Source: Rhizobiaceae bacterium (GTDB taxonomy: Bacteria > Pseudomonadota > Alphaproteobacteria > Rhizobiales > Rhizobiaceae). From it: DNA of 64,000 nt. The stretch is from contig JAMLJB010000002.1 in assembly GCA_023953835.1 (NCBI GenBank), positions 90,630 to 154,629 of the forward strand, read 5' to 3'. Shown piece by piece: positions 40,292-49,225 of this stretch; position 1 is the first letter of the stretch, and each line of letters begins with the position of its first letter. Under the pieces are notes generated by a model. The model was not told where the DNA came from and did no database searches. It saw only the letters and a program-made list of their open reading frames with translations. The translations under genes were made by a program, and so were the position numbers.

Positions 40292-41017
40292 CTACAGCCC
40301 GTGAAAACCGGCGCGGGCCTTGTAATATTCCCAAGCCCTGGCCATCGCGACATCGCCCATATGCAAGTCTGCCGTCAGCCTGACCTCTTCGGGCGTGAGG
40401 TAGGTCGGGGTGCCATGCCGCAGCGCTTCGAGAAGAATCCTGGCATTGTCCGAGAGATAAATCGAAATAAAGCACACCCTCGACAGGCTTGCGGCAGCGC
40501 AAACCGAACCGTGCCCGCGCAGGAGGACCGAGGACCCCGCCCCCAGCGCCTTGGCCAGCGAGTGGCCCTTGGGAAGGTCGTCGACCAGCATCCTTGTATC
40601 GCCGAACTCGTCCCGGCTATCCCATTTGGGAACTTCGTTCCCGATGACGGAGGCAATGTGGAGGACCGGCTTCAGCGGAATATTCAGGACCGTGAACGGA
40701 ATGACCGGGCGCGCATGATGGTGGGCGACGGCGTTCACTTCGGGCCGGGCCATGTAGATGGCGCCGTGAATCGCTCGCTCGGAATAAAGACCGCGATTCG
40801 GCGCGGTGACGGGGTCGCCCTCAAGCGTAAATTCCACGATGTCTTCCGCGCAGACCAGCTCCGGACTGCGCGCGCGGGACAGGAAATAGCGCCCGGGATC
40901 GGTCGGGTGCCTGACGCTGATATGGCCGAAATCGTCGATCACGCCTTCATGCGCGAGCACACGGTTGGCGATGACCAGTTCTCGGATGACATGCTGCACA
41001 GCATCAGACCAGGACAT
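40292..41017 (-). CDS. Class II aldolase/adducin fold, similar to 3-hydroxy-2-methylpyridine-4,5-dicarboxylate decarboxylase subfamily
   Basis: FGHISVRHP.DP, ERAIHGAIY..RP.V, HHH, LRGHG, YLTPEE, RAWEY. Confidence 0.82.
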   Translation of the reverse strand: MSWSDAVQHVIRELVIANRVLAHEGVIDDFGHISVRHPTDPGRYFLSRARSPELVCAEDIVEFTLEGDPVTAPNRGLYSERAIHGAIYMARPEVNAVAHHHARPVIPFTVLNIPLKPVLHIASVIGNEVPKWDSRDEFGDTRMLVDDLPKGHSLAKALGAGSSVLLRGHGSVCAAASLSRVCFISIYLSDNARILLEALRHGTPTYLTPEEVRLTADLHMGDVAMARAWEYYKARAGFHGL

Positions 41018-41603
41018 GCGATTTCTCCCTTGCCGAGACCGTGCTCATGCGCGCGAACTGCACGACTTGCCGTCCGACCGTCTCCAGCTGAAACTTGGCG
41101 GAAAGGTCCAGGCAATTGCCGTGATCGTCGAACAATTTGGTTGATGTGTTAAGCATCGCTCCGAGCGGTGTCGGCCAGCCGCGCAGAGCATGTGCGATCG
41201 ACCTGATTGCCGCCAGCGTCTGGCCGGCCGCCTGCCAGCCGCCCGCGCAGGCGATGCATCCGACCGCGATCCCGTCGAAATAAGGGCGCGGATCGTTTCG
41301 CAGGTCTTCCGTATAGTCCAGCGCATTCTTGACCAGCCCGGAGATCGAGCCGTGATAGGCCGGCGAAGAGACTATAATGCCGTTGCAAAGGCGGAACGCA
41401 TCGATCAGCCGTTTTGCTTCGTCGGCGCGCTCGCTCGCCTCTGGCAAGTACATTGGCAATACGAGCTGGGGGCCGCTCAGCATCATCACTTTCGCACCTT
41501 CCTCCCGCGCAGCCGCGAGGCTGACGGCGAGCGCGCGTTCAGACGACGACCCTGCGCGCGGGGTCCCGCCAATGCCAAGAATTAGAGGTTGCTTCTCAGT
41601 CAC
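41004..41603 (-). CDS. NADPH-dependent FMN reductase (SsuE-like)
   Basis: GIGGTPRAGSSS, SPAYHGSISGLVKNALD; GTG start at 41603. Confidence 0.9.
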   Translation of the reverse strand: MTEKQPLILGIGGTPRAGSSSERALAVSLAAAREEGAKVMMLSGPQLVLPMYLPEASERADEAKRLIDAFRLCNGIIVSSPAYHGSISGLVKNALDYTEDLRNDPRPYFDGIAVGCIACAGGWQAAGQTLAAIRSIAHALRGWPTPLGAMLNTSTKLFDDHGNCLDLSAKFQLETVGRQVVQFARMSTVSAREKSHVLV

Positions 41604-41941
41604 GGCTGTCCCTCGATGCGACCTTGACCCGCGGATTTGCCGGGCAGCGGCACACCGGCGCCGTCGGACACCTCGCACAACGACACCGAGTATTCGCCGA
41701 TTAGATATTTGCTCAGTTCCCGAGCCCGCTCGGCCCGCGCAGGTGAATTTTCCCAGGCGGCCACCGCTTCGGCATCGCGCCACAGCGTGACCGTATAGAT
41801 GGACTCGCTGTCCTTGATGTCCTTGGCGAACCAGTTGCCGATCATGCCGTCCGCCGCCGGGATGGGATGTAGGTGGAACTGGCGCTCCAGGTCACCTACC
41901 ATGCCCGGACGCGCCCGGCCCCAGGTGATGCGCATCAGCAT
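41600..41941 (-). CDS. Antibiotic-biosynthesis-monooxygenase (ABM)-like dimeric alpha/beta barrel protein
   Basis: 113 aa; RITWGRARPG, VTLWRDAEAVAAW. Confidence 0.65.
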   Translation of the reverse strand: MLMRITWGRARPGMVGDLERQFHLHPIPAADGMIGNWFAKDIKDSESIYTVTLWRDAEAVAAWENSPARAERARELSKYLIGEYSVSLCEVSDGAGVPLPGKSAGQGRIEGQP

Positions 41942-42007
41942 AATACGATTACCTCCTGCCCGCGCGCCCCGCAGGTCGCCGCATCGCGCCCAAAGCGGAT
42001 ATCGAAA

Positions 42008-43423
42008 TTAGCCGGCATGCTGGAAACCCGCGCGCTTCATCGTCCGCACCGCCTGGGAATAGGGTGACGGGGCGATCTTCGCCCTGATCTGCGTCTGCCG
42101 GTGCCGCTCGACATGCGGCTTGCGGGAGCCGCCGTCGGGTTCACCCCAGGTGAGCACCACATCCGTCCCCGGCTCGGCATGCGACGGCCAGACGGCGGCC
42201 AGCGAAAGGAATTCCGCCTCGTTGGCCGTGTAGCCGCAGAAGCTGGACATGCCGACAAGTTCCCCGCTTGTGCTGCGCACCTCGTCGCACTGCTGGAACG
42301 CATAGGCGGAAACGGGAAGCTCCAGTTGCTTGAACGGAAGGCCCGGTTCGAGGATCGACGCCTGGATTCTGGCGACGTCCTCCTTGTTCCAGACCAGCGT
42401 GACCTTGGTCCTGTGAGGTTCGCGCGCCCGCCGTTCCAGCGCCGCGCGGCCGATGAAATCGTGGTCGAACTTCAAGACCCGCTCGACACCCAGATCCCAC
42501 GGCGTGACGTAGTAGTCCTCGATGTTCGGGGACCGGAAGCTGCCGCCAAGCTGTGAGGCGCTTTCCCATGAGGTCGCCGCCGGAAGCCACTCGCGGAACG
42601 CGCGAAGACGCTCATCCGTATAGACGGCAGGCAGCGGATAGGGCCACCATCCGGCCTCGCCATTGGTGCTGAAATAGGCTCGCGCCCCGCCTTGCCGCAG
42701 GCCATATTTGCGGCCCGCTTCCACGATTGCGGCCCGCACCTTCGGCCCGCCCGCATAAGGACCCGACAGTTCGACGCCCTTGTGGCCGGCCATGCCGTGC
42801 CGCAAGGCGAGCATATCGACGCCAGCGATCCTGACCTTCGCAAACCGGAAGAACGGTATCTCCGGGGCCGGACCCTCGACCACCTCCTGAAAGATCTTTT
42901 CGGCATGCGGGCCGTCCATTCCGAACCGGAAATTCGTGCGCCCATGGGGGTTCTGGGACGTCTGATAGTCTTTGACGAAAGTGACGTCATAACCGCCGGT
43001 TTCGGCATGGAACTGCACCCAGTTCTGCAAATGCGACCCGCTGATAAGCTCAAAACTCTCCTTGTCGAGATATTGCAGCACGCACTCGCCGATGACCTGT
43101 CCATTGTGATTGCAGGCCAGGTATTGCTTCGCGCGACCCGGAACGAAGCCCTCGAAACTATTGATCCCGAGATAGTTCAGCAGCCGGAACGCGTCAGGCC
43201 CTTTCAAGAACAGTTCGGGCATGTGGTGGGACTGGTCGAACAGAACCGCGGTTTCGCGCCAGGCGCGCTGCTCGTCGAGCCAGTTCGTGAACTGCGGCGG
43301 CACCGGTGTCAGGGCCGCTCTATCGCGGGCATGCGGCCCAAGCGTATCATTGTAGAAATAGTTAACAAGATCGGGGATCGAATCGATAAGTTCCTGAACC
43401 GATCGTTCCTTAGCGCAAGTCAT
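42008..43423 (-). CDS. THF-dependent aryl O-demethylase-like aminomethyltransferase (LigM/DesA family)
   Basis: W..EQ.AWR...VLFDQSHHM, AKQY, LRHGMAG, RAY, PLPAVYT, GGSF.S.NIEDYY, FDHDFIGR.AL; ATG at 43423. Confidence 0.88.
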   Translation of the reverse strand: MTCAKERSVQELIDSIPDLVNYFYNDTLGPHARDRAALTPVPPQFTNWLDEQRAWRETAVLFDQSHHMPELFLKGPDAFRLLNYLGINSFEGFVPGRAKQYLACNHNGQVIGECVLQYLDKESFELISGSHLQNWVQFHAETGGYDVTFVKDYQTSQNPHGRTNFRFGMDGPHAEKIFQEVVEGPAPEIPFFRFAKVRIAGVDMLALRHGMAGHKGVELSGPYAGGPKVRAAIVEAGRKYGLRQGGARAYFSTNGEAGWWPYPLPAVYTDERLRAFREWLPAATSWESASQLGGSFRSPNIEDYYVTPWDLGVERVLKFDHDFIGRAALERRAREPHRTKVTLVWNKEDVARIQASILEPGLPFKQLELPVSAYAFQQCDEVRSTSGELVGMSSFCGYTANEAEFLSLAAVWPSHAEPGTDVVLTWGEPDGGSRKPHVERHRQTQIRAKIAPSPYSQAVRTMKRAGFQHAG

Positions 43424-43451
43424 TCTTCCTCCCAGTAACTTCCCCGGTGTT

Positions 43452-44078
43452 CTACGCCTGCGCGGCAACCGCGTAGGCTGAACCGCCCTGCAGCCACTCG
43501 CGACCGCGGCGATAGAGATCCTCCACGATCGGCCCCGTCAGGCCCGGCATGTCTGTCTTCACCTTGAAGCCAAGGCCGGACTGCAAATAGGCAAGATGCC
43601 GATAGCCCACCGGGAAACTCTCGAGTCTCGACCTTTCAATTGCCGGGACCTTGGCAGGATCTACGGGATCGAGACGATCCTTCTCGTAGATCGGCTGCCG
43701 CAGAACCACACCCCATTTCCCGCTGCGCTTCTCGAGAAAATCGAAGAAGCGTCCGGTACACACCACATCGCATTCGACGCCATCCACGGCAGCACGCTGG
43801 TTGATCGTCATCTTTGTCTGGGCAACCGCGCGCGGTGCGGCCAGATCGACGGTGATACCGCCGAGAAAATGCAGGATGCTGATGCCGTTATCAAAGCCTT
43901 CACGGCTAACCCTGATGAACTCGTCTGCGGTTCCCTGAAACCAGGTCGCCATCATCACGCCGTCGTCGTGCCAGACAGTTCGGAACCGCTCCCAGTCGCC
44001 GGCGTCCCGCCATAACGCCCAGTTCTCCAGCAAATCGCGGATGAGTTGGCGATCCTTCTCTATTTCAGAAGATAACAT
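43452..44078 (-). CDS. SnoaL/NTF2-like protein
   Basis: IRDLLENWALWRDAGDW, HFLGG, GRFFD, YEKDR; ATG at 44078 preferred. Confidence 0.8.
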   Translation of the reverse strand: MLSSEIEKDRQLIRDLLENWALWRDAGDWERFRTVWHDDGVMMATWFQGTADEFIRVSREGFDNGISILHFLGGITVDLAAPRAVAQTKMTINQRAAVDGVECDVVCTGRFFDFLEKRSGKWGVVLRQPIYEKDRLDPVDPAKVPAIERSRLESFPVGYRHLAYLQSGLGFKVKTDMPGLTGPIVEDLYRRGREWLQGGSAYAVAAQA

Positions 44079-44339
44079 ATCAGAAAATCTCTTGTAACTT
44101 GATACCAACTATTTGATCACTATGCTTTCGATATGTGCATAGCAATAAGGCTACCTGACCAAATTATTCGCATCGTGTCAAATGACAAACGCAGTTCCAA
44201 CACAAATCATGCAGCAAGAACATTCTCGCGATCGGCTTTTCCCCGATGGACCTGACCGATCATTGAACCGGTCTTTCCGAGCGGAGTGTACTGGCCCTCT
44301 GACCATCAGACAGGCTCGCGTCTGGTTCGAAAATCTTGA

Positions 44340-44870
44340 TTGCCGGCGACCAAATTGCGAAAATATGCGAGTGGCAGCCCATCGTTCAGGCTTGAACGAT
44401 TCAACGCATCCAGTCGATCGGAGTATTTCATGATTTCTTGGCGCCGGCAGAACATTGGACGTCGAATGAACGAGTCGGTACGCCGCTTTGACGGGAGAAT
44501 CATGCACTTGCTGAGAGAGCGAGGCTACAACTATCTCTCGCTCGCGCAACTCAGCGTAACCCGAAATCTCGACGATGACGGGACGCGGTTGACGGAGCTT
44601 GCTCGCCGCGCCGGCATGACAAAGCAATCGATGGGCGAACTCGTCAAGCAGGTAGAGGACTTGCAACTCATCGAACGGCGGCGCGATCCCCTCGACGCTC
44701 GCGCGCGCCTTATTTGCTTCACACCGTCCGGCTTCGACTGGCTTGAGGCGTTCCATCAAAGCCTCATGATCGCGGAGGCTGAAATGAGCGCCGAAATCGG
44801 CCCCGAAGCCGTCAGCTTCATCAATCATGCGCTAGGAAAATATTCCGACGACTGGTTCGATCCCCATTGA
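44340..44870 (+). CDS. MarR family regulator, divergent from the snoaL-demethylase operon
   Basis: GTRLTELARRAGMTKQSMGELV, DPLDARAR; alternative ATG at 44430 with GGAG RBS. Confidence 0.88.
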   Translation: MPATKLRKYASGSPSFRLERFNASSRSEYFMISWRRQNIGRRMNESVRRFDGRIMHLLRERGYNYLSLAQLSVTRNLDDDGTRLTELARRAGMTKQSMGELVKQVEDLQLIERRRDPLDARARLICFTPSGFDWLEAFHQSLMIAEAEMSAEIGPEAVSFINHALGKYSDDWFDPH

Positions 44871-45048
44871 CGGCGGCTGCGTAAGCGCCGCCCACCGTCG
44901 CGCTCGCGTGCCACAAGATAGTAGACGACCGGTCTAATAGCAGATACGTTGCGACCCCTATCAGCCGGCGCGGTCGATGCCTGCGCGTCAAACAAGGACC
45001 AGGGAGACAGCAATGAAGGCGGGGTCGTTTGCGGGAGGGGGCGAAATC

Positions 45049-45663
45049 CTACGCTAAGCCGAGAACGCGCTTACCGTAGTCCCTGAGTTCGCCCTTCGGG
45101 CCTACGTAACGGTAGAGAGTGACGCGCTCGATCCCGAGTTCCTTGCACAGGTGGGAAACGGAAGTATCGCGCTGGGCCATGGCTGCCTGGGCGAGGCGCA
45201 CCTGTGCTTTGGTCAGGGCGAATTTCCGACCACCTTTGCGGCCTCGCGCTCTGGCAGCGGCAAGACCGGCCATGGTGCGTTCGCGGATCAGGTCACGCTC
45301 GAACTCGGCCAGGGTTGCGAAGATGCCGAACACCATACGGCCGGATGCGGTCGTGGTGTCGATCTGAGCGCCCTTTCCGGTCAGCACACGCAGGCCGACG
45401 TTTCGATCCGACAGATCCTTCACCGTGTTGACCAGGTGGGCAAGCGACCGCCCGAGGCGGTCGAGCTTCCAGATCACCAGCACATCGCCGTCGCGCAAGG
45501 ATTTCAGGCAGGCGGCCAGTCCGGGCCGGTCGTCGCGGCCGCCGGAAGCGCGATCCTCGTAGATATTGTCTTGGTCGACGCCGGCGGCGCGCAGGGCGTC
45601 GTGCTGCAGGTCGAGGGACTGTGAGCCATCGGCTTTGGAGACTCGGGCATATCCGATCAGCAT
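45049..45663 (-). CDS. tnpR: Serine resolvase
   Basis: MLIGYARVS, KLDRLGRS, FATLAEFER, C-terminal HTH. Confidence 0.96.
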   Translation of the reverse strand: MLIGYARVSKADGSQSLDLQHDALRAAGVDQDNIYEDRASGGRDDRPGLAACLKSLRDGDVLVIWKLDRLGRSLAHLVNTVKDLSDRNVGLRVLTGKGAQIDTTTASGRMVFGIFATLAEFERDLIRERTMAGLAAARARGRKGGRKFALTKAQVRLAQAAMAQRDTSVSHLCKELGIERVTLYRYVGPKGELRDYGKRVLGLA

Positions 45664-45788
45664 GTTTCTTAAACGCTGGTTTGAGGCGGCGCGCTGGCCA
45701 CGAATGATTTGTTCGCTGGAAATGTATCTCAACCAGCTTCATAAACAAAGCGTCTTGAACATCATCGGATTTTGAAAAAGGAACATCG
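45664..45788. other. Presumed res site and divergent promoters
   Basis: AT-rich 125-bp gap between divergent tnpR and tnpA, the standard res position; subsites not resolved. Confidence 0.6.
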
Positions 45789-48674
45789 ATGCCGCGTCGC
45801 GTCACTCTAACCGATCGGCAGAAGGACGCGCTGTTGCGCCTGCCGACCTCGCAGGCGGATTTGCTCAAGCACTATACACTGAGCGATGAAGACCTTGAAC
45901 ACATCAGGCTGCGCCGACGCGCTCACAACAGGTTCGGCTTCGCACTGCAATTGTGCGTCCTGCGCTATCCCGGCCGGGTGCTGGCTCCCGGCGAGCTGAT
46001 ACCGGAGGAGGTCGTCGAGTTCATCGGAGCGCAACTCGGTCTGAAAGCCGACGATCTCGTTGACTATGCCGCCCGTGAGGAGACGCGGCACGAGCATCTT
46101 TCCGAGCTGCGGGCGCTCTACGGATTCCGCACCTTCTCCGGACGTGGCGCGCGCGAACTGAAGGAATGGCTGTTCCGGGAAGCCGAGATGGCGGTGTCGA
46201 ACGAAGATATCGCCCGCCGCTTCGTGGCGGAGTGCCGACGCACCCGCACGGTTCTTCCTGCAACATCGACGATCGAACGGCTTTGCGCCACGGCCCTGGT
46301 CGATGCCGAGCGGCGGATCGAGACGAGGATCGCCAGTCGGCTGTCCGCGCCCAGCCGGGAACAGTTGCTGGCATTGCTCGAGGAGACGGCCGGCGACCGG
46401 GTGACCCGCTTCGTGTGGTTGCGGCAGTTCGAGCCGGGCTCGAATTCTTCGTCGGCCAACCGGCTGCTCGACCGGCTCGAATACCTGCAACGTGTTGATC
46501 TTCCCGAAAATCTGCTGGCCGGTGTTCCTGCTCATCGGGTGACACGCCTGCGCAGGCAGGGCGAGCGGTATTATGCCGACGGCATGCGCGATCTTCCGGA
46601 GGACAGGCGTCTTGCGATTCTGGCTGTTTGCGCGTCGGAATGGCAAGCGATGCTCGCCGACGCCATGGTTGAAACCCATGACCGGATTGTCGGCAGGCTC
46701 TACCGTGCTTCGGAGCGCATTTGCCAGGCGAAGGTCGCCGACGAAGCGAGCGCGGTACGCGACACCCTGAAATCCTTCGCCGAAATTGGCGGGGCCCTGG
46801 TCGATGCACAGGACGACGGCCAGCCGCTGGACGACGTCATTGCGCGCGGATCGGGTTGGGACGGTTTCAAGACTCTTGTTGCAATGGCAACCAGGCTGAC
46901 CGTCACCATGGCGGACGATCCGCTCAATCATGTGCTTGACGGCTATCATCGTTTCCGCCGGTACGCTCCTCGCATGTTGCGCCTGCTCGATCTGCGGGCT
47001 GCGCCAGTCGCGCTGCCGCTTCTGGAAGCGGTGACGGCCCTGCGCACCGGTTTGAATGATGCCGCGCGTATTGGCTTCCTTCGGCCCAGCTCGAAATGGC
47101 ATCGCCATCTTCGGGCGCAGGCGGCCGGTGATACTCGCCTCTGGGAGATTGCGGTTCTGTTCCATCTGCGCGATGCGTTCCGCTCCGGAGATATCTGGCT
47201 GGTCAGGTCTCGGCGTTATGGCGATCTGAAACAGGCACTCGTTCCGGCGCAAGCTGTCGCGGAAGGCGGCCGTCTCGCTGTGCCATTACGGCCGGAGGAA
47301 TGGCTGGCAGATCGGCAAGCACGCCTCGATATCCGGCTGCGCGAGCTTGGCCGTGCGGCACGCTCGGGAACGATTCCCGGCGGGTCGATCGAAAACGGCG
47401 TTCTGCATATCGAGAAGCTCGAAGCCGCCGCGCCGACCGGCGCCGAAGATCTGGTGCTCGATCTCTACAAACATGTGCCGCCCACGCGCATCACCGATCT
47501 CTTGTTGGAAGTGGATGCAGCGACCGGCTTTACCGAAGCGTTCACGCATCTGCGCACTGGAGCGCCGTGCGCCGACCGGATCGGGCTGATGAACGTCATC
47601 CTTGCGGAAGGGATCAACCTCGGCCTGCGCAAGATGGCTGACGCTACAAACACCCACACCTTCTGGGAGCTGATCCGCATTGGACGATGGCATGTCGAAG
47701 GCGAAGCCTACGACCGGGCGCTGGCCATGGTGGTCGAGGCGCAGGCGGCGTTACCCATGGCCCGGTTCTGGGGCATGGGCACCTCGGCTTCGAGCGACGG
47801 CCAGTTCTTCGCCGCGACAGAGCAAGGCGAAGCCATGAATCTGGTCAACGCGAAATACGGCAATACCCCGGGTCTGAAAGCCTATAGCCACGTCTCGGAC
47901 CAATATGCGCCGTTCGCGACCCAGGTGATTCCTGCGACGGCGAGCGAAGCTCCCTACATCCTCGACGGCCTGCTCATGAACGATGCCGGCCGCCATATTC
48001 GCGAGCAGTTCGCCGATACAGGCGGCTTCACCGATCACGTCTTTGCCGCATGCGCCATTCTCGGCTACCGATTCGCGCCGCGAATCCGCGATCTGCCGTC
48101 CAAGCGGCTCTATGCGTTCAATCCATCGACCGCCCCGGCCCACTTGCGGGTCATGATCGGCGGCAAAATCAATCAGGCCATGATCGAGCGCAATTGGCCA
48201 GATATCCTGCGCATCGCCGCTACCATCGCGGCCGGAAGCATCGCGCCCAGCCAGATTCTACGAAAGCTCGCCTCCTATCCGCGACAAAACGAACTGGCCA
48301 CAGCTCTACGGGAAGTCGGCCGCGTCGAGCGGACCCTGTTCATGATCGACTGGATTCTGGATGCCGATCTGCAACGCCGCGCCCAGATCGGGCTCAACAA
48401 GGGTGAAGCGCATCACGCGCTGAAACGTGCCATCAGCTTCCACCGACGCGGCGAAATCCGCGACCGTTCCGCCGAAGGCCAGCATTACCGGATCGCTGGC
48501 ATGAACCTGCTCGCCGCCATCATCATCTTCTGGAACACCATGAAGCTGGGCGAAGTCGTCGCCAGCCAGAAGCGCGATGGAAAGCTGCTATCGCCCGATC
48601 TCCTGGCCCATGTCTCGCCGCTGGGATGGGAGCACATTAACCTCACCGGAGAATATCGCTGGCCAAAGCCTTAG
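45789..48674 (+). CDS. tnpA: Tn3-family DDE transposase (961 aa)
   Basis: MPRRVTLTDRQKDALL, SSDGQFF, DTGGFTDH, GLNKGE. Confidence 0.97.
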   Translation: MPRRVTLTDRQKDALLRLPTSQADLLKHYTLSDEDLEHIRLRRRAHNRFGFALQLCVLRYPGRVLAPGELIPEEVVEFIGAQLGLKADDLVDYAAREETRHEHLSELRALYGFRTFSGRGARELKEWLFREAEMAVSNEDIARRFVAECRRTRTVLPATSTIERLCATALVDAERRIETRIASRLSAPSREQLLALLEETAGDRVTRFVWLRQFEPGSNSSSANRLLDRLEYLQRVDLPENLLAGVPAHRVTRLRRQGERYYADGMRDLPEDRRLAILAVCASEWQAMLADAMVETHDRIVGRLYRASERICQAKVADEASAVRDTLKSFAEIGGALVDAQDDGQPLDDVIARGSGWDGFKTLVAMATRLTVTMADDPLNHVLDGYHRFRRYAPRMLRLLDLRAAPVALPLLEAVTALRTGLNDAARIGFLRPSSKWHRHLRAQAAGDTRLWEIAVLFHLRDAFRSGDIWLVRSRRYGDLKQALVPAQAVAEGGRLAVPLRPEEWLADRQARLDIRLRELGRAARSGTIPGGSIENGVLHIEKLEAAAPTGAEDLVLDLYKHVPPTRITDLLLEVDAATGFTEAFTHLRTGAPCADRIGLMNVILAEGINLGLRKMADATNTHTFWELIRIGRWHVEGEAYDRALAMVVEAQAALPMARFWGMGTSASSDGQFFAATEQGEAMNLVNAKYGNTPGLKAYSHVSDQYAPFATQVIPATASEAPYILDGLLMNDAGRHIREQFADTGGFTDHVFAACAILGYRFAPRIRDLPSKRLYAFNPSTAPAHLRVMIGGKINQAMIERNWPDILRIAATIAAGSIAPSQILRKLASYPRQNELATALREVGRVERTLFMIDWILDADLQRRAQIGLNKGEAHHALKRAISFHRRGEIRDRSAEGQHYRIAGMNLLAAIIIFWNTMKLGEVVASQKRDGKLLSPDLLAHVSPLGWEHINLTGEYRWPKP

Positions 48675-48707
48675 CGTAGGATTCCGCCCCCTCCCGCAAA
48701 CGACCCC

Positions 48708-48926
48708 GAGAAGGGTGAGATCGATCATACGTCAAGCAATCGCAACGTCGACGTTTCGCGTATCGCCCAGGCCAATCAGGGCAGGGCGGTTGTCGATGAT
48801 CGCCACGAGCGTGGTCGTGACCGAGCGAACGAACGGGAAGAAGAAAAGCAGCCGGAGCGGCAGATTCCGTCCCGCGTGGTTTTGACCCCTCCGAAAGATC
48901 GCGATCGCGGCGATCGCAGCCGGTAG
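48708..48926 (+). pseudogene. C-terminal tail of an interrupted gene, relaxase-like charged end
   Basis: Frame is open from the IR edge for 72 codons, ending TPPKDRDRGDRSR*. Confidence 0.4.
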
Positions 48927-49225
48927 AGCAGGAGAGCGGGCTTTCGACAGTTGACCGCTAGCCTAGCCCAGCACTTTTTCTGGCGGACGATAATGGTCGG
49001 GTTCCGCAGCCAGATAGGGGGCGTTCCAATCAACCTATCCTGCGCTTTGGCCTTCTCACCAAGCAGAACGATGCGCGTGAACGACGCCTTAGCGCCTTCG
49101 TTCTAGCCCTTCAACCTAGCGAGCCGAAAGCCCATTAGCAGCCTTTTCAGCTAACCCGCTTGGTTGTTTATGATGAGATTGCCGCTACCGCGACCCAACG
49201 CCTCTACCGAACACGGAATTGCGGT

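Larger units (their letters stand above)
45021..48707. mobile_element. Complete cargo-less Tn3-family transposon, Tn5393-like backbone (3687 bp)
   Basis: 38-bp IRs 45021-45058 and 48670-48707 differ at 1 nt; divergent tnpR/tnpA, both stop codons inside the IRs; flanks AAGGC and GAGAA show no 5-bp TSD. Confidence 0.95.

Noticed and set aside
48930-49220. Possible small gene or RNA between the relaxase-like tail and ietS
   Set aside because: No recognisable peptide or RNA family features
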